NCBI GenBank assembly: GCA_021513695.1
Contig: CP084166.1
Coordinates: forward strand, 800,001 to 864,000
Source of the DNA: Candidatus Heimdallarchaeum aukensis
GTDB lineage: Archaea > Asgardarchaeota > Heimdallarchaeia > Heimdallarchaeales > Heimdallarchaeaceae
Reading direction: 5' to 3'
DNA length: 64,000 nucleotides
In this document: positions 18,595-27,476 of the stretch, in pieces
Numbering within the stretch: the stretch's first letter is position 1
How the letters are laid out: each line of letters begins with the position of its first letter
Notes under the pieces: model-generated
What the model saw: the letters and a program-made list of their open reading frames with translations, nothing else
What the model was told of the DNA's origin: nothing
Database searches by the model: none
Position numbers and translations under genes: made by a program

Positions 18595-20379
18595 ATGAGT
18601 GAAAACATTGTTCAATGGAATCTAAGCGATTTTTTTGATTCGATAAATGACCCGCGGATAGATAAGACAATATCAGAAATAGAAGAGAAAGTTGAAGATT
18701 TTGTCAAGAAAGCTAAAGGAAATTTACAAAAAATCGAACCAGCAAAGCTAAAAGAATTGTTTAAAGAATATGAAGAAATAAACGAAAAAAGTTTCTATCT
18801 GTCAGTTTATTCATACCTTGTATATTCTACTAATTCAATTGATGAAGAAGTAAAATCATTCTATGCAAAAATAGACGAGTTTTCAAGCAAAGTTTCTGAA
18901 AAAATGCTTTTCTTTGAAATTGAACTAAACACTATTTCAGATGAAGATTTTAAGAAACTTGTAGAAGCTCCTGAACTTAAAGAATATAAACACTTTTTAG
19001 AGTTTAATAGATTACAAAAACCTCATCAACTATCTGAAAAGGAAGAGCAGATAATCATAATGAAAGATCTAGTAGGCTCTAAAGCTTTTAATAAACTATA
19101 CACTGAAATCGTTTCTAGGTTTAGTTTTCAATTTGAATTGGATGGAGAAATAAAAACTTTAACTGGCCCTCAACTTATATCCTTACTTCAACATAAAGAC
19201 AGAGAAGTAAGAAAAAGAGCTTTACTTACCTATGTTGAAGCTTATAAGAACAACGAACTTGTTCTGACTCACATATATAATAACGTAATCAAGGATTTTG
19301 ATCTAGAAACAAAAAAACGTAACTATGAAAAACCAGTTCAACTTCGAAATCTAGAAAATGAGGTAGAAGATGAGATAGTAGAAGCACTAGAGAAAGCTAC
19401 AACAGAGAGCTACAAACCTTTAGTAGAACGTTATTACAATCTAAAAAAGAATATTCTAGGTTACGATGATTTGCATATGTATGATATTTATGCTCCTGTA
19501 GGCAATATAAATAAAGAATATGAATACGAAGAAGCAGTAGAAATAATAAAACAAGCAACAGAAAATTTTGATCCAGAGTTTAAAGAAATTGTTGAAAATA
19601 TGGTCAAAAAAGGACACATAGACCTTACTCCAAGGAGAGGAAAGGAAGGAGGAGCTTACTGCCACTATGGAAAGTTAAAGAATTATCCTTTTGTCTTTGT
19701 GAATTACACTAAGACCATTGATTCAGTCTTAACACTGGCACATGAGCTTGGACATGCGATACACTTTTACTACACACTAAAGAACCAAAATTATGTAAAT
19801 ATATTCCCAACAATACCTATGGCAGAAATAGCTTCAGTTTTCTGCGAGATAATGACTTTTGATTATCTAGTTAACCAGGATCTAAAAAAAGAAGAAAAAA
19901 TAGCTTTACTATGTACTCATCTAGAAGGAAATTTTGCCACTTCTCACAGACAAAACGCGTTTTATAGATTTGAAAAACAAATACATGAACTAATGAGCAA
20001 GAAACTCCCAAGCACAAAAGACTATGTAGATATTTTTACAAATGAAATGCAACTAATGTTTGGAAATGCAGTAGAAAAAATAAAAGAAGAATATTCACAT
20101 TATGCTTTCGTAGTAAATCATTTCTTACACACACCTTTCTACGTCTATGCATACAACATGTCTAATCTAATGGTAATAGCTTTATATCAACTATATCTAG
20201 AAAAAGGAAAAGAATACTTTATACCAAGATACAAAAAATTACTATCATCGGGAGGATCAGCAACACCACAAGAAATGCTAAAAGAATTCGAGATTGACTT
20301 GAAAGATGCTGAATTCTGGAAAAAAGGACTAAAGTACTTAGAAAGCAAAATAGATGAATTAGAAGAATTAATTAACTAA
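18595..20379 (+). CDS. pepF: M3B oligoendopeptidase F family zinc metallopeptidase
   Basis: HELGHAIH (HExxH) zinc motif with downstream E. Length and N-terminal WNLSDFF are typical of PepF. The ORF track start 18505 (GTG) adds 30 unlikely residues; ATG at 18595 is preferred. Confidence 0.85.
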   Translation: MSENIVQWNLSDFFDSINDPRIDKTISEIEEKVEDFVKKAKGNLQKIEPAKLKELFKEYEEINEKSFYLSVYSYLVYSTNSIDEEVKSFYAKIDEFSSKVSEKMLFFEIELNTISDEDFKKLVEAPELKEYKHFLEFNRLQKPHQLSEKEEQIIIMKDLVGSKAFNKLYTEIVSRFSFQFELDGEIKTLTGPQLISLLQHKDREVRKRALLTYVEAYKNNELVLTHIYNNVIKDFDLETKKRNYEKPVQLRNLENEVEDEIVEALEKATTESYKPLVERYYNLKKNILGYDDLHMYDIYAPVGNINKEYEYEEAVEIIKQATENFDPEFKEIVENMVKKGHIDLTPRRGKEGGAYCHYGKLKNYPFVFVNYTKTIDSVLTLAHELGHAIHFYYTLKNQNYVNIFPTIPMAEIASVFCEIMTFDYLVNQDLKKEEKIALLCTHLEGNFATSHRQNAFYRFEKQIHELMSKKLPSTKDYVDIFTNEMQLMFGNAVEKIKEEYSHYAFVVNHFLHTPFYVYAYNMSNLMVIALYQLYLEKGKEYFIPRYKKLLSSGGSATPQEMLKEFEIDLKDAEFWKKGLKYLESKIDELEELIN

Positions 20380-20546
20380 TTTTTTCTTTTTGTGAATTTC
20401 TTTAAAAAAGTATTTTGCATTCTAAAAAGCCAATTAGACCTATTAATTATAATTTGTGAAATTCTCCAAGGAAAAGAATACACATAATAACACCATAAAT
20501 AGAAAAATAATTAAATATAAAAATAAAGTATTTAATTAGAGTATTA

Positions 20547-21002
20547 ATGTCAGATATATCACTGTCCCTTACTGAAAAAGATAGTAGGAAACAAATGGAA
20601 GAGGAGTATAAAAGCCAACAGTTTGAAAGATTGCAAATTGCATCTGAAGAAGAAAATTCTATTAATACCATTTTAAAGAATGAAAACGTTTCAACTAAAA
20701 TTAGAGAAATAACTACAGCTATACCTATAATCAAATATAAAATAAACTTCTTAACAGATAATATTAAAGTTGTACACCTAAAAGACAAAAAAATCGAATC
20801 AGAAAAAATAAGCAATGAAATAAAAAAGTATGAAGAAACGGATGAAGATATTAGTGTAGAAAAAATAAAACCATTAATTCTTGAATATATAAAAAATAAA
20901 GAAGGTGTAAAAACTACAGAAATTATTGAACATTTCGATTTTGATACATGGTTAATATTAGAATCTCTAGATGAATTAAAAGAGGAAGGTATGATAGAAT
21001 AA
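20547..21002 (+). CDS. Hypothetical acidic protein with C-terminal winged-helix-like segment (151 aa)
   Basis: Plus-strand frame chosen over the overlapping minus-strand ORF 20447..21016, which has an S/I/F-rich antisense-like composition. Co-oriented with the next two genes. Confidence 0.45.
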   Translation: MSDISLSLTEKDSRKQMEEEYKSQQFERLQIASEEENSINTILKNENVSTKIREITTAIPIIKYKINFLTDNIKVVHLKDKKIESEKISNEIKKYEETDEDISVEKIKPLILEYIKNKEGVKTTEIIEHFDFDTWLILESLDELKEEGMIE

Positions 21003-21212
21003 ATGACAGATATCACAAAAGAACTTAAACCAGGAGACAGATTTAGATTTGAACAGATAACTGTTCAAGCAAGAAAAATGTCTAAAGAAAAACTTGTGAG
21101 AGGAACTCAATCACATAAAGCTGTACTAGTTACTTTTAGCAAATCAGGAATAGTTTTTATAGACAAAACATGGAGGATTGCTAACAAAAGAGAAAGTGAT
21201 TATAGAAGGTGA
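21003..21212 (+). CDS. Hypothetical protein (69 aa); may be the N-terminal part of a frameshifted gene continuing in 21178..21690
   Basis: Starts 1 nt after the preceding stop. Overlaps the next ORF by 35 nt in a different frame, and that ORF has no ATG start. Confidence 0.35.
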   Translation: MTDITKELKPGDRFRFEQITVQARKMSKEKLVRGTQSHKAVLVTFSKSGIVFIDKTWRIANKRESDYRR

Positions 21213-21690
21213 TAATATAACAAGAGAGGAAATAATAAATATAAGAATTGAAGAAGACTTAGACTTTGAAATTCAGCAATTAAATTTTAGCAGATACGAA
21301 GTAGAAGACGGAACTATATTAAGAATTTTAAATATACCAACAAAAATCTTTCGTTTAGCAGACTATGATAAACAAGGTTTTCCTGAGTATCTAGTTCAGC
21401 ACAAGAACATTGTTTCTGCTCTTGTTCCACAGGAGTTAAGAGGAGAAGCTTCTCATGAAATTTTTAACTTAAAAAAAGATAGAGTAGATATTATTGAATT
21501 TATTCCTCTAGAAGAGCCATTCAATGAGTTTAAATTGGGCGATGGAACTTTATTACGTATCAGACTTATAGTAAATCAAGTTTTTAAATCAGAAAAAAGA
21601 AACTACCTAGGAGAACCAATTTATGTAATAGACAGTTTAATTAGTATAACAAGGAAAATTCCAGATCATTTAAGAAAAAATAATTCATAA
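21178..21690 (+). CDS. Hypothetical protein with internal duplication (DGTILRIL / DGTLLRIRL); start uncertain (TTG 21178 or GTG 21196)
   Basis: Long ORF; the frame is open from 21163 with no ATG. Confidence 0.45.
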   Translation: MLTKEKVIIEGDNITREEIINIRIEEDLDFEIQQLNFSRYEVEDGTILRILNIPTKIFRLADYDKQGFPEYLVQHKNIVSALVPQELRGEASHEIFNLKKDRVDIIEFIPLEEPFNEFKLGDGTLLRIRLIVNQVFKSEKRNYLGEPIYVIDSLISITRKIPDHLRKNNS

Positions 21691-21752
21691 ACCACCGCTA
21701 TGTTTATCTAGTGCGCAAAAGTGTAACCCATGTCTATTGAGTGAACAACTCT
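21689..21752 (+). repeat. Copy A of a dispersed ~60-nt intergenic repeat
   Basis: aaaccaccgctatgtttatctagtgcgcaaaagtgtaacccatgtctattgagtgaacaa aligns at ~80% to 54971-55031 and partially to 54586-54640. Confidence 0.5.
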
Positions 21753-21779
21753 TTAGAAAAAGAAAAAGAGAAAACACAA

Positions 21780-22030
21780 GTCACTAGCTTCAACAGTGAA
21801 GAGCTATCTATTGCTCTTAAGGAAAGGTGGGAAATTAGATAATAAACACAATATCAAAAACTCAATTCATAAATTCTTTTTTAAATTTTTATTAGAGGGC
21901 AGTAAACATTGGAAAATCTAACTTTTGTACAATTTTTTCTTTTTGCTGCAATGGTTTTTTTTCACCTCATTCTTCTAATAAGGGGTTCTATACAAAAAGC
22001 CACCACCTTTACGGCAGTGGAAAAAAGGTA
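21780..22030 (+). ncRNA. Candidate structured RNA (weak RNase P RNA-like features) in a 570-bp gene-free gap between convergent genes
   Basis: Hairpin gaagagc-tatctatt-gctctt is followed immediately by AAGGAAAGGUGGG (CR-I-like AGGAAAG). ~170 nt downstream, ACAAAAAGCCACCACCUUUAC contains the exact 8-nt complement (CCACCUUU) of AAAGGUGG, which could form a P4-like long-range helix. GGGCAGUAAAC lies at 21897. The interior is very AT-rich, which argues against the call. Confidence 0.2.
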
Positions 22031-22261
22031 AGCTTCCAGTGGAATAGCACTAAAAATAATACGCTTTTTAAATGCTTTTTCCAGCAAAGAACAATAATAT
22101 CTAAAAGTAAATTAAAAATCATAAATGCTGTTTATTCAATTATTTTGCTTTTATCCATTTTTGACCATTTATAATAAAAAATCAAGATATATCTAAAGGG
22201 TCTAATTCTAACAAAGAAGACCTCTTTCAATAAATAATTTTGGATTTTTTCAATTTTTAAC

Positions 22262-23224
22262 TTATTCATATTTTTCCTTTTTGCTTTTCTTAATTTGCCA
22301 AAATATTCTATTATTATATTCAACACGTTTTATTTTCTCTTTTTTCTCCATTTGCAAAAGTAAATCCATAATCTCATTCTTTGATACATTAGGGAATAGT
22401 GTAAATATTTGATCCTCTCTTAATGGATGCCTTTGTGTAATTTCTAAGATTATTTTTTCTGGTGAAGAATTTTTATCTATGTTTTCTACTAATAATTGAT
22501 CATAGTGAGCAATACTTTCAGCATTTAGTATTCTTAATGCTTCTTGTAGTCTTTCCGTTAGTGGAATTTTCACCCATTTCTCTGCAGGTGGTCTTATAGG
22601 GACATTAATGAATATTTTATCTGGTTGAATTTTATCAAAAATTCTTTTTAGAACTTTTAATGTATTATCATCATCATTAAGATCTTTGACAAGCATTAGT
22701 TCCAACCATAGTTGACCTGAAAAAATTTTTCTAAACTTAATCATACCTTCTGTTATTTTATCTAAGTCAAGTTCTTTTCTAGGTCGATTAATTCTTTTAA
22801 ATAGCTCTTTGTTTGGAGCATCTAAAGTAGGTAAAACAAAATCTGCTTTACTAATTTCTTTTCTCACTTCTGCTTCACATAATAAAGCTCCATTAGTAAT
22901 AACTGCAATAGGTATTTGACTAATCTTCTTAAGTTCACTTATTAGTTCTCCTAATCCCTTGTATAGAGTGGGTTCACCGTCTCCCACTATTGTTATAACA
23001 TCAATGTCTAATTTTTCTAGAAGAGCTCTTCTTACTTCATCAACTATATCTAATACAGGATAGAACATCTTTCTTGTATTGGTATAATTTGTTGTTCTCC
23101 CTAATTGACAGTAAACACAGCTAAAGTTACAAGTTTTTGATGGAATAGGGCTGATTCCCAATGAACGCCCTAATCTTCTAGAAGGAACAGGTCCGAAAAC
23201 ATATTTATATTCTTGCTTACTCAT
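22262..23224 (-). CDS. Radical SAM protein (Cx3Cx2C), function unknown
   Basis: N-terminal GPVPSRRLGRSLGISPIPSKTCNFSCVYCQ motif with a radical SAM core. 320 aa. Confidence 0.75.
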   Translation of the reverse strand: MSKQEYKYVFGPVPSRRLGRSLGISPIPSKTCNFSCVYCQLGRTTNYTNTRKMFYPVLDIVDEVRRALLEKLDIDVITIVGDGEPTLYKGLGELISELKKISQIPIAVITNGALLCEAEVRKEISKADFVLPTLDAPNKELFKRINRPRKELDLDKITEGMIKFRKIFSGQLWLELMLVKDLNDDDNTLKVLKRIFDKIQPDKIFINVPIRPPAEKWVKIPLTERLQEALRILNAESIAHYDQLLVENIDKNSSPEKIILEITQRHPLREDQIFTLFPNVSKNEIMDLLLQMEKKEKIKRVEYNNRIFWQIKKSKKEKYE

Positions 23225-23556
23225 TAATTATTAAATCTTAAATTTATTAATATCTCTTTATGTATAACAAAAAACATCTTTCGCATTTTTGATTATCGAA
23301 GGTCCTTTCAATTCCCTCTGTATTACAAATATTTACACTAGCAATACTTTTGAGATTTTTCTCACTTGTTTTGAATATTATTTCTCTTTTCTAAATCTTT
23401 TTTTTTTATTTTTTTAATATCTGAATAAATATCAGATTATTTACAGAAAAAAAATTTTTTAATGGTCTTATTTTATTAGGAATTGGCGTTCTTTTTTGTA
23501 GTAAAAAAACAAATAAAACACTAATATTTAAAGTATCATGGAAAAAGGTTAGTTAA

Positions 23557-24090
23557 ATGACAAAAACAATTAATACTTGCAAGATTGTTATTGTTGGCGA
23601 TAAAGGAGTGGGAAAAACATCACTAGTCCATAGCCTAGTCGGGAAAGAAAAAATAATTAAAATTACTCCTGGGGTGAAAATAGAAAATATGCTAGTAGAT
23701 TTAGGTGAAAATATTACTGCAGACGTTGTTTTCTGGAATTTAGAAGAAGATCCTCATTTTAGATTTTTTCAACAAGATGTTCTAGAATGTCCAAATATTG
23801 TCTTATTAGTATATGATCTAAACAACTTTAGTTCTTTATTACACTTAGAAAATGAATGTCTTCCAATGTTTGAGAAAAATGACACATTAAAAAAATCTAC
23901 ACCGATTCTGATTGGTAATAAAATTGATCTAGGACAATCAATAAATGATAAGGTAATAGAAGATTTTATACAAAAATATGGAATTCCATCTTTCAAAATT
24001 TCTGTTAAAGAAAAAATCAACATTGAAGAAGTAGCTAACGCAACAATTGAGATAGTAAAGTCTTATTATAAGAAGAAAAAACAAAGTTAA
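23557..24090 (+). CDS. Atypical small GTPase (Ras-superfamily-like) lacking canonical switch II DxxGQ
   Basis: G1 GDKGVGKT and G4 GNKIDL are present. The G3 region reads WNLEEDP instead of DTAGQ. Confidence 0.65.
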   Translation: MTKTINTCKIVIVGDKGVGKTSLVHSLVGKEKIIKITPGVKIENMLVDLGENITADVVFWNLEEDPHFRFFQQDVLECPNIVLLVYDLNNFSSLLHLENECLPMFEKNDTLKKSTPILIGNKIDLGQSINDKVIEDFIQKYGIPSFKISVKEKINIEEVANATIEIVKSYYKKKKQS

Positions 24091-24340
24091 CTAATTGATT
24101 TATTGTCAAACATTGTTTAGTCATTCATTTCATATTTTATAGCAATATTGATTTTTATTTGCGTATTTTTCTGTATAGGATCGATTCATTGAGCCATTGC
24201 TATAATGAATTGTAGAGAAATAGTTTATTCAATAATAATAGTTTGTTCATCAGCACCTTTCTTTTCAATTTCACCAATTTTTTTAACTATAATAAAGATG
24301 AATTTCTAAAAAAGTTTGAGGTCAAATTAAAAGAAAGTAA

Positions 24341-24703
24341 CTATTTTGGATATTTTTTCTTGTTTTTTTGTAATTTATTTATTATAGCTTCTTCTAAATT
24401 TATTCCTAGGATTTCAGAAAGAGCTAATAAATATATTGCCACATCTGCAAGCTCGTCAGATAAATTATTCTTATATTGTTCACTAGCTAATTCGTTAAAT
24501 ATTTCTTCATCTGTTTTCCATTGAAAAAGCTCAAAAAGTTCTGCTAACTCTATTGCAATAGATAAAGACAGATTCTTTGGGGTATGATATTTTTTCCAAT
24601 CTCTCTCGTCTCTAAATTCTACTATTTTTTTAGTCAATTCTTCAATAGTTGTCAATTTAATCAAAATAAAAAAGAGAAGGGTTAGATAATTTTTTCTATC
24701 CAA
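24341..24703 (-). CDS. MazG-like nucleotide pyrophosphohydrolase
   Basis: EFRDERDWKKYHTPKNL...ELAELFELFQW...EELADVAIYLLAL is typical of the small all-alpha MazG/dCTPase family. Overlaps ilvE by 22 nt, indicating an operon. Confidence 0.7.
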   Translation of the reverse strand: MDRKNYLTLLFFILIKLTTIEELTKKIVEFRDERDWKKYHTPKNLSLSIAIELAELFELFQWKTDEEIFNELASEQYKNNLSDELADVAIYLLALSEILGINLEEAIINKLQKNKKKYPK

Positions 24704-25752
24704 CCATATTTGTCTGGTTTTTCTCCAGTTTGTATTCCTATTAACTCTTCATAAAGGTGTTGAGTTATTTTACCTATCTCAAAGTTGTTTATTTGGTAAG
24801 TTTTACTCTTATAGAATAATTCACCTACAGGAGAGATCGAAGCTGCTGTTCCCATTCCAAATGCTTCAGTACATTCTCCAGTTTCTATTTGTTCTAAAAG
24901 TTTTTCTAGTTCTATCCTCGTTTCCTTGATTTTGTAACCAAGATCTTTGGCTAGTTGTATTACTGATTTTCTTGTTATTCCATGCAAAATTGTTCCATCA
25001 AGTTCAGGAGTAAGAATTTCTTCATTTACAACAAAGGCAATATTATTTGTCCCTACTTCTTCTACATACTTTCTTTCAATAGAGTCGAGCCATAATACTT
25101 GACTATATCCTTGTTTCTTAGCTATTTCTGTTTCGAATAGTGTTCCAGCATAGTTTCCTCCTGTTTTTGCTTCTCCTGTTCCACCTGGAGCTGCACGAAT
25201 GTGTTCGCTAGCAACATAAATTTTCGTTGGATTAAATCCTGCTTTAAAGTATGGACCAACGGGAGAAAGAATAATGTAGAAATAAAATTCTGCACTACTA
25301 TGCAAACCTATTGCTGGCTCTGTTGCGATCATAGTAGGACGGATGTAAAGCGAAGTTCCTTTTTCTTTTGGAACCCACTCTTTATCTAATATTATCAATT
25401 CCTTAATTGCTTTAACGAATAATTCTTCATCAACAGTGGGCATACACATTCTTTCAGCAGAACGATTGAACCTTTTAGCGTTCTCATATGGACGGAAAAG
25501 GTTGATACTTCCGTTCTGAGAATAAAACGCTTTCATTCCTTCAAAAATTTCCTGACCATAATGAAATACTGCACATGCAGGATCAAGAGTAAATGGTTGA
25601 TAAGGTACAATCTGAGGTTGACCCCATTCACCATCTTGATATTTCATTAAAAACATGTGGTCAGTGAAAAATCTACCAAAAGGTAAATGATGCATATCTT
25701 TTGGCTTTTCTTTTAATTGTTCTGGGGTGCATTTATTGATGATTATATCCAT
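24682..25752 (-). CDS. ilvE: Branched-chain amino acid aminotransferase (fold-type IV PLP enzyme)
   Basis: 356 aa. LFRPYENAKRFNRSAERMCMP, GTGEAKTGGNY and GMGTAASISPV are conserved BCAT segments. Confidence 0.85.
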   Translation of the reverse strand: MDIIINKCTPEQLKEKPKDMHHLPFGRFFTDHMFLMKYQDGEWGQPQIVPYQPFTLDPACAVFHYGQEIFEGMKAFYSQNGSINLFRPYENAKRFNRSAERMCMPTVDEELFVKAIKELIILDKEWVPKEKGTSLYIRPTMIATEPAIGLHSSAEFYFYIILSPVGPYFKAGFNPTKIYVASEHIRAAPGGTGEAKTGGNYAGTLFETEIAKKQGYSQVLWLDSIERKYVEEVGTNNIAFVVNEEILTPELDGTILHGITRKSVIQLAKDLGYKIKETRIELEKLLEQIETGECTEAFGMGTAASISPVGELFYKSKTYQINNFEIGKITQHLYEELIGIQTGEKPDKYGWIEKII

Positions 25753-25974
25753 TGTAAAAAAGAGTTAAATTATTCGTTTAAAAGCTTTTATATCCGAAAT
25801 GGAGAAAATAATAACTATTTAGTTGTCAGACTGCAAGTAGAAGAAAAAATAAATGAAACAAATGTGAAGAGTAAATAGCTCAATGTAATTTTAGTAATTT
25901 TTTCTAGAAACAAATCTTGCTCTAGGAATAAATAAGAGATAAAGATATAGTCATTACAAAAAAGAGAACAGAGA

Positions 25975-26075
25975 ACCTTTCAACCACAGAAACTAAAGAA
26001 ATAGTTTTTCAACCAAACAAAAAAGATAATTGGAGAATAAGAACAAAACGAGAAAAAGAAATCTTTCAACCTTAA
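25975..26075 (+). promoter_or_regulatory. Tandem array of three AAAGAAAT-N-TTTCAACC motifs upstream of gene 26261
   Basis: TTTCAACC at 25979, 26008 and 26065 (spacing 29 and 57 bp), each preceded by aaagaaat-like sequence. Lies 190-280 bp upstream of the 26261 start. Confidence 0.3.
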
Positions 26076-26260
26076 AAATCTTTGAAATATCTTTGAATTA
26101 AGAGCAATTCTTCTAGTATTAGGATTATAAATTTGTTAACAGTTATAAAATATTTTTGAAATCGTCAGACATAATATTTAAGGATAAAAATTAGATACGT
26201 TTAAAAATATATTTAATAAATATATTATTCAGAAATAACAAAAGCAGATACATTAATCAT

Positions 26261-27427
26261 ATGCTGCATAGTAGCTTTGTACTAAAAAATCAAAAAAGTG
26301 AAAATATGAAAGGCAAAAGAATAGTTAACTTTTCTAGTTGTTTTCTATTATGTTTAGTGATTTTCTCAATTTCAACAATTGGATCTTCTGACGAAATTGT
26401 GGAAAGAGAGGAAAGACTTTCAAGTTCAGATATTTATCTAGCAGAGGAAACAAATACATTGTACATTACATCATCAGATGAAAATATTTTATATGTTTTC
26501 AGTACTCAATCACTAGAGATACAACAAACTATTGAATATGATTCGCCAATAACACATCATATTTCAAGGATTTTTTCTTTTGGTGACGAGCTCTTTCTCT
26601 TTAATTACAACTCTAGCAATTTAGCTGTTTTAAAAATAGATCCTGATTATTCAGTAAATTTACTTTCATTCACTCAAGATTATATTCCTATTAACTATGA
26701 CTGCATTTTTAGTTATCTTGAATATATTGGTTTTATTTCTAATGAAAACAAATTAATTTTATTTTCACCTACAAATCAAAGTCTCATAGATACAGGAATT
26801 ATCATTCCTAACATAAATTTTGTTACTTCTTGTAATGAAACAATTATTGTATACAATACTTTTCAATCTTCTAGTTACAAACAATTCGTCTTTTATGATA
26901 TATTAAAGAAAAAAATCTTAGCTAATTACACTTACAATAACACAAATGTTAAACTTTCGTATCTTCCTGAAGAACATGCTTTTGCAGCGCTCTACACCTC
27001 AGCTAATAATGTCTCTATTTTCTCTACTAAAGGAGATTTCCAAAGAAATATTACAATAAATTTAGAAGAAGAAATACTTACACCAATATTTGAAAGTTCT
27101 GGAAATTGGTTCTTTGCCTCGTATGAACATTTCTATCATTATTCTAATAACAAATCAACAGAGTTACTGACTTATAATAGTAAATTATTGTCCTTTGTTA
27201 CTATAAAAAAAGTTCTAACACAAGATTCTGTTCATATTTTTATATCCACACCTTATTATACATATTTGTATGATATAAATGAAGATTCTTTTTATGCATT
27301 ATACAAAATAACAACTGAATTAATTATAAATAATAATAGTAAAAGAATCTACTTCATTGATTTTGGATTGATAGCAGCAACAATAATGTTTGGAGCAGGA
27401 GTCATTTATTACTTGGTGAAGAAATGA
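26261..27427 (+). CDS. Secreted protein with C-terminal TM anchor (388 aa); likely true start at MKGKRIV (~26306)
   Basis: Signal-like FSSCFLLCLVIFSIS, many N-x-S/T sequons, C-terminal TM plus KK. Confidence 0.5.
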   Translation: MLHSSFVLKNQKSENMKGKRIVNFSSCFLLCLVIFSISTIGSSDEIVEREERLSSSDIYLAEETNTLYITSSDENILYVFSTQSLEIQQTIEYDSPITHHISRIFSFGDELFLFNYNSSNLAVLKIDPDYSVNLLSFTQDYIPINYDCIFSYLEYIGFISNENKLILFSPTNQSLIDTGIIIPNINFVTSCNETIIVYNTFQSSSYKQFVFYDILKKKILANYTYNNTNVKLSYLPEEHAFAALYTSANNVSIFSTKGDFQRNITINLEEEILTPIFESSGNWFFASYEHFYHYSNNKSTELLTYNSKLLSFVTIKKVLTQDSVHIFISTPYYTYLYDINEDSFYALYKITTELIINNNSKRIYFIDFGLIAATIMFGAGVIYYLVKK

Positions 27428-27476
27428 GTAACTTAATTTACAGCTAGTGAAAAGAAAGTGTTAAAAAAAGTATAAA

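Noticed and set aside
20447-21016. 189-aa minus-strand ORF overlapping 20547..21002
   Set aside because: It has hydrophobic low-complexity antisense composition. The plus-strand frame is contiguous with and co-oriented to the next two genes.
21975-22010. tRNA-like 3' end (GGGGTTCTATAC ... GCCACCACC)
   Set aside because: No complementary T-stem strand (no CCCC after the loop) and no acceptor-stem partner upstream, so it is not a tRNA.
22132-22326. 64-aa ORF overlapping the start of the radical SAM gene
   Set aside because: Its K-rich low-complexity sequence overlaps the better-supported gene's 3' end in another frame.
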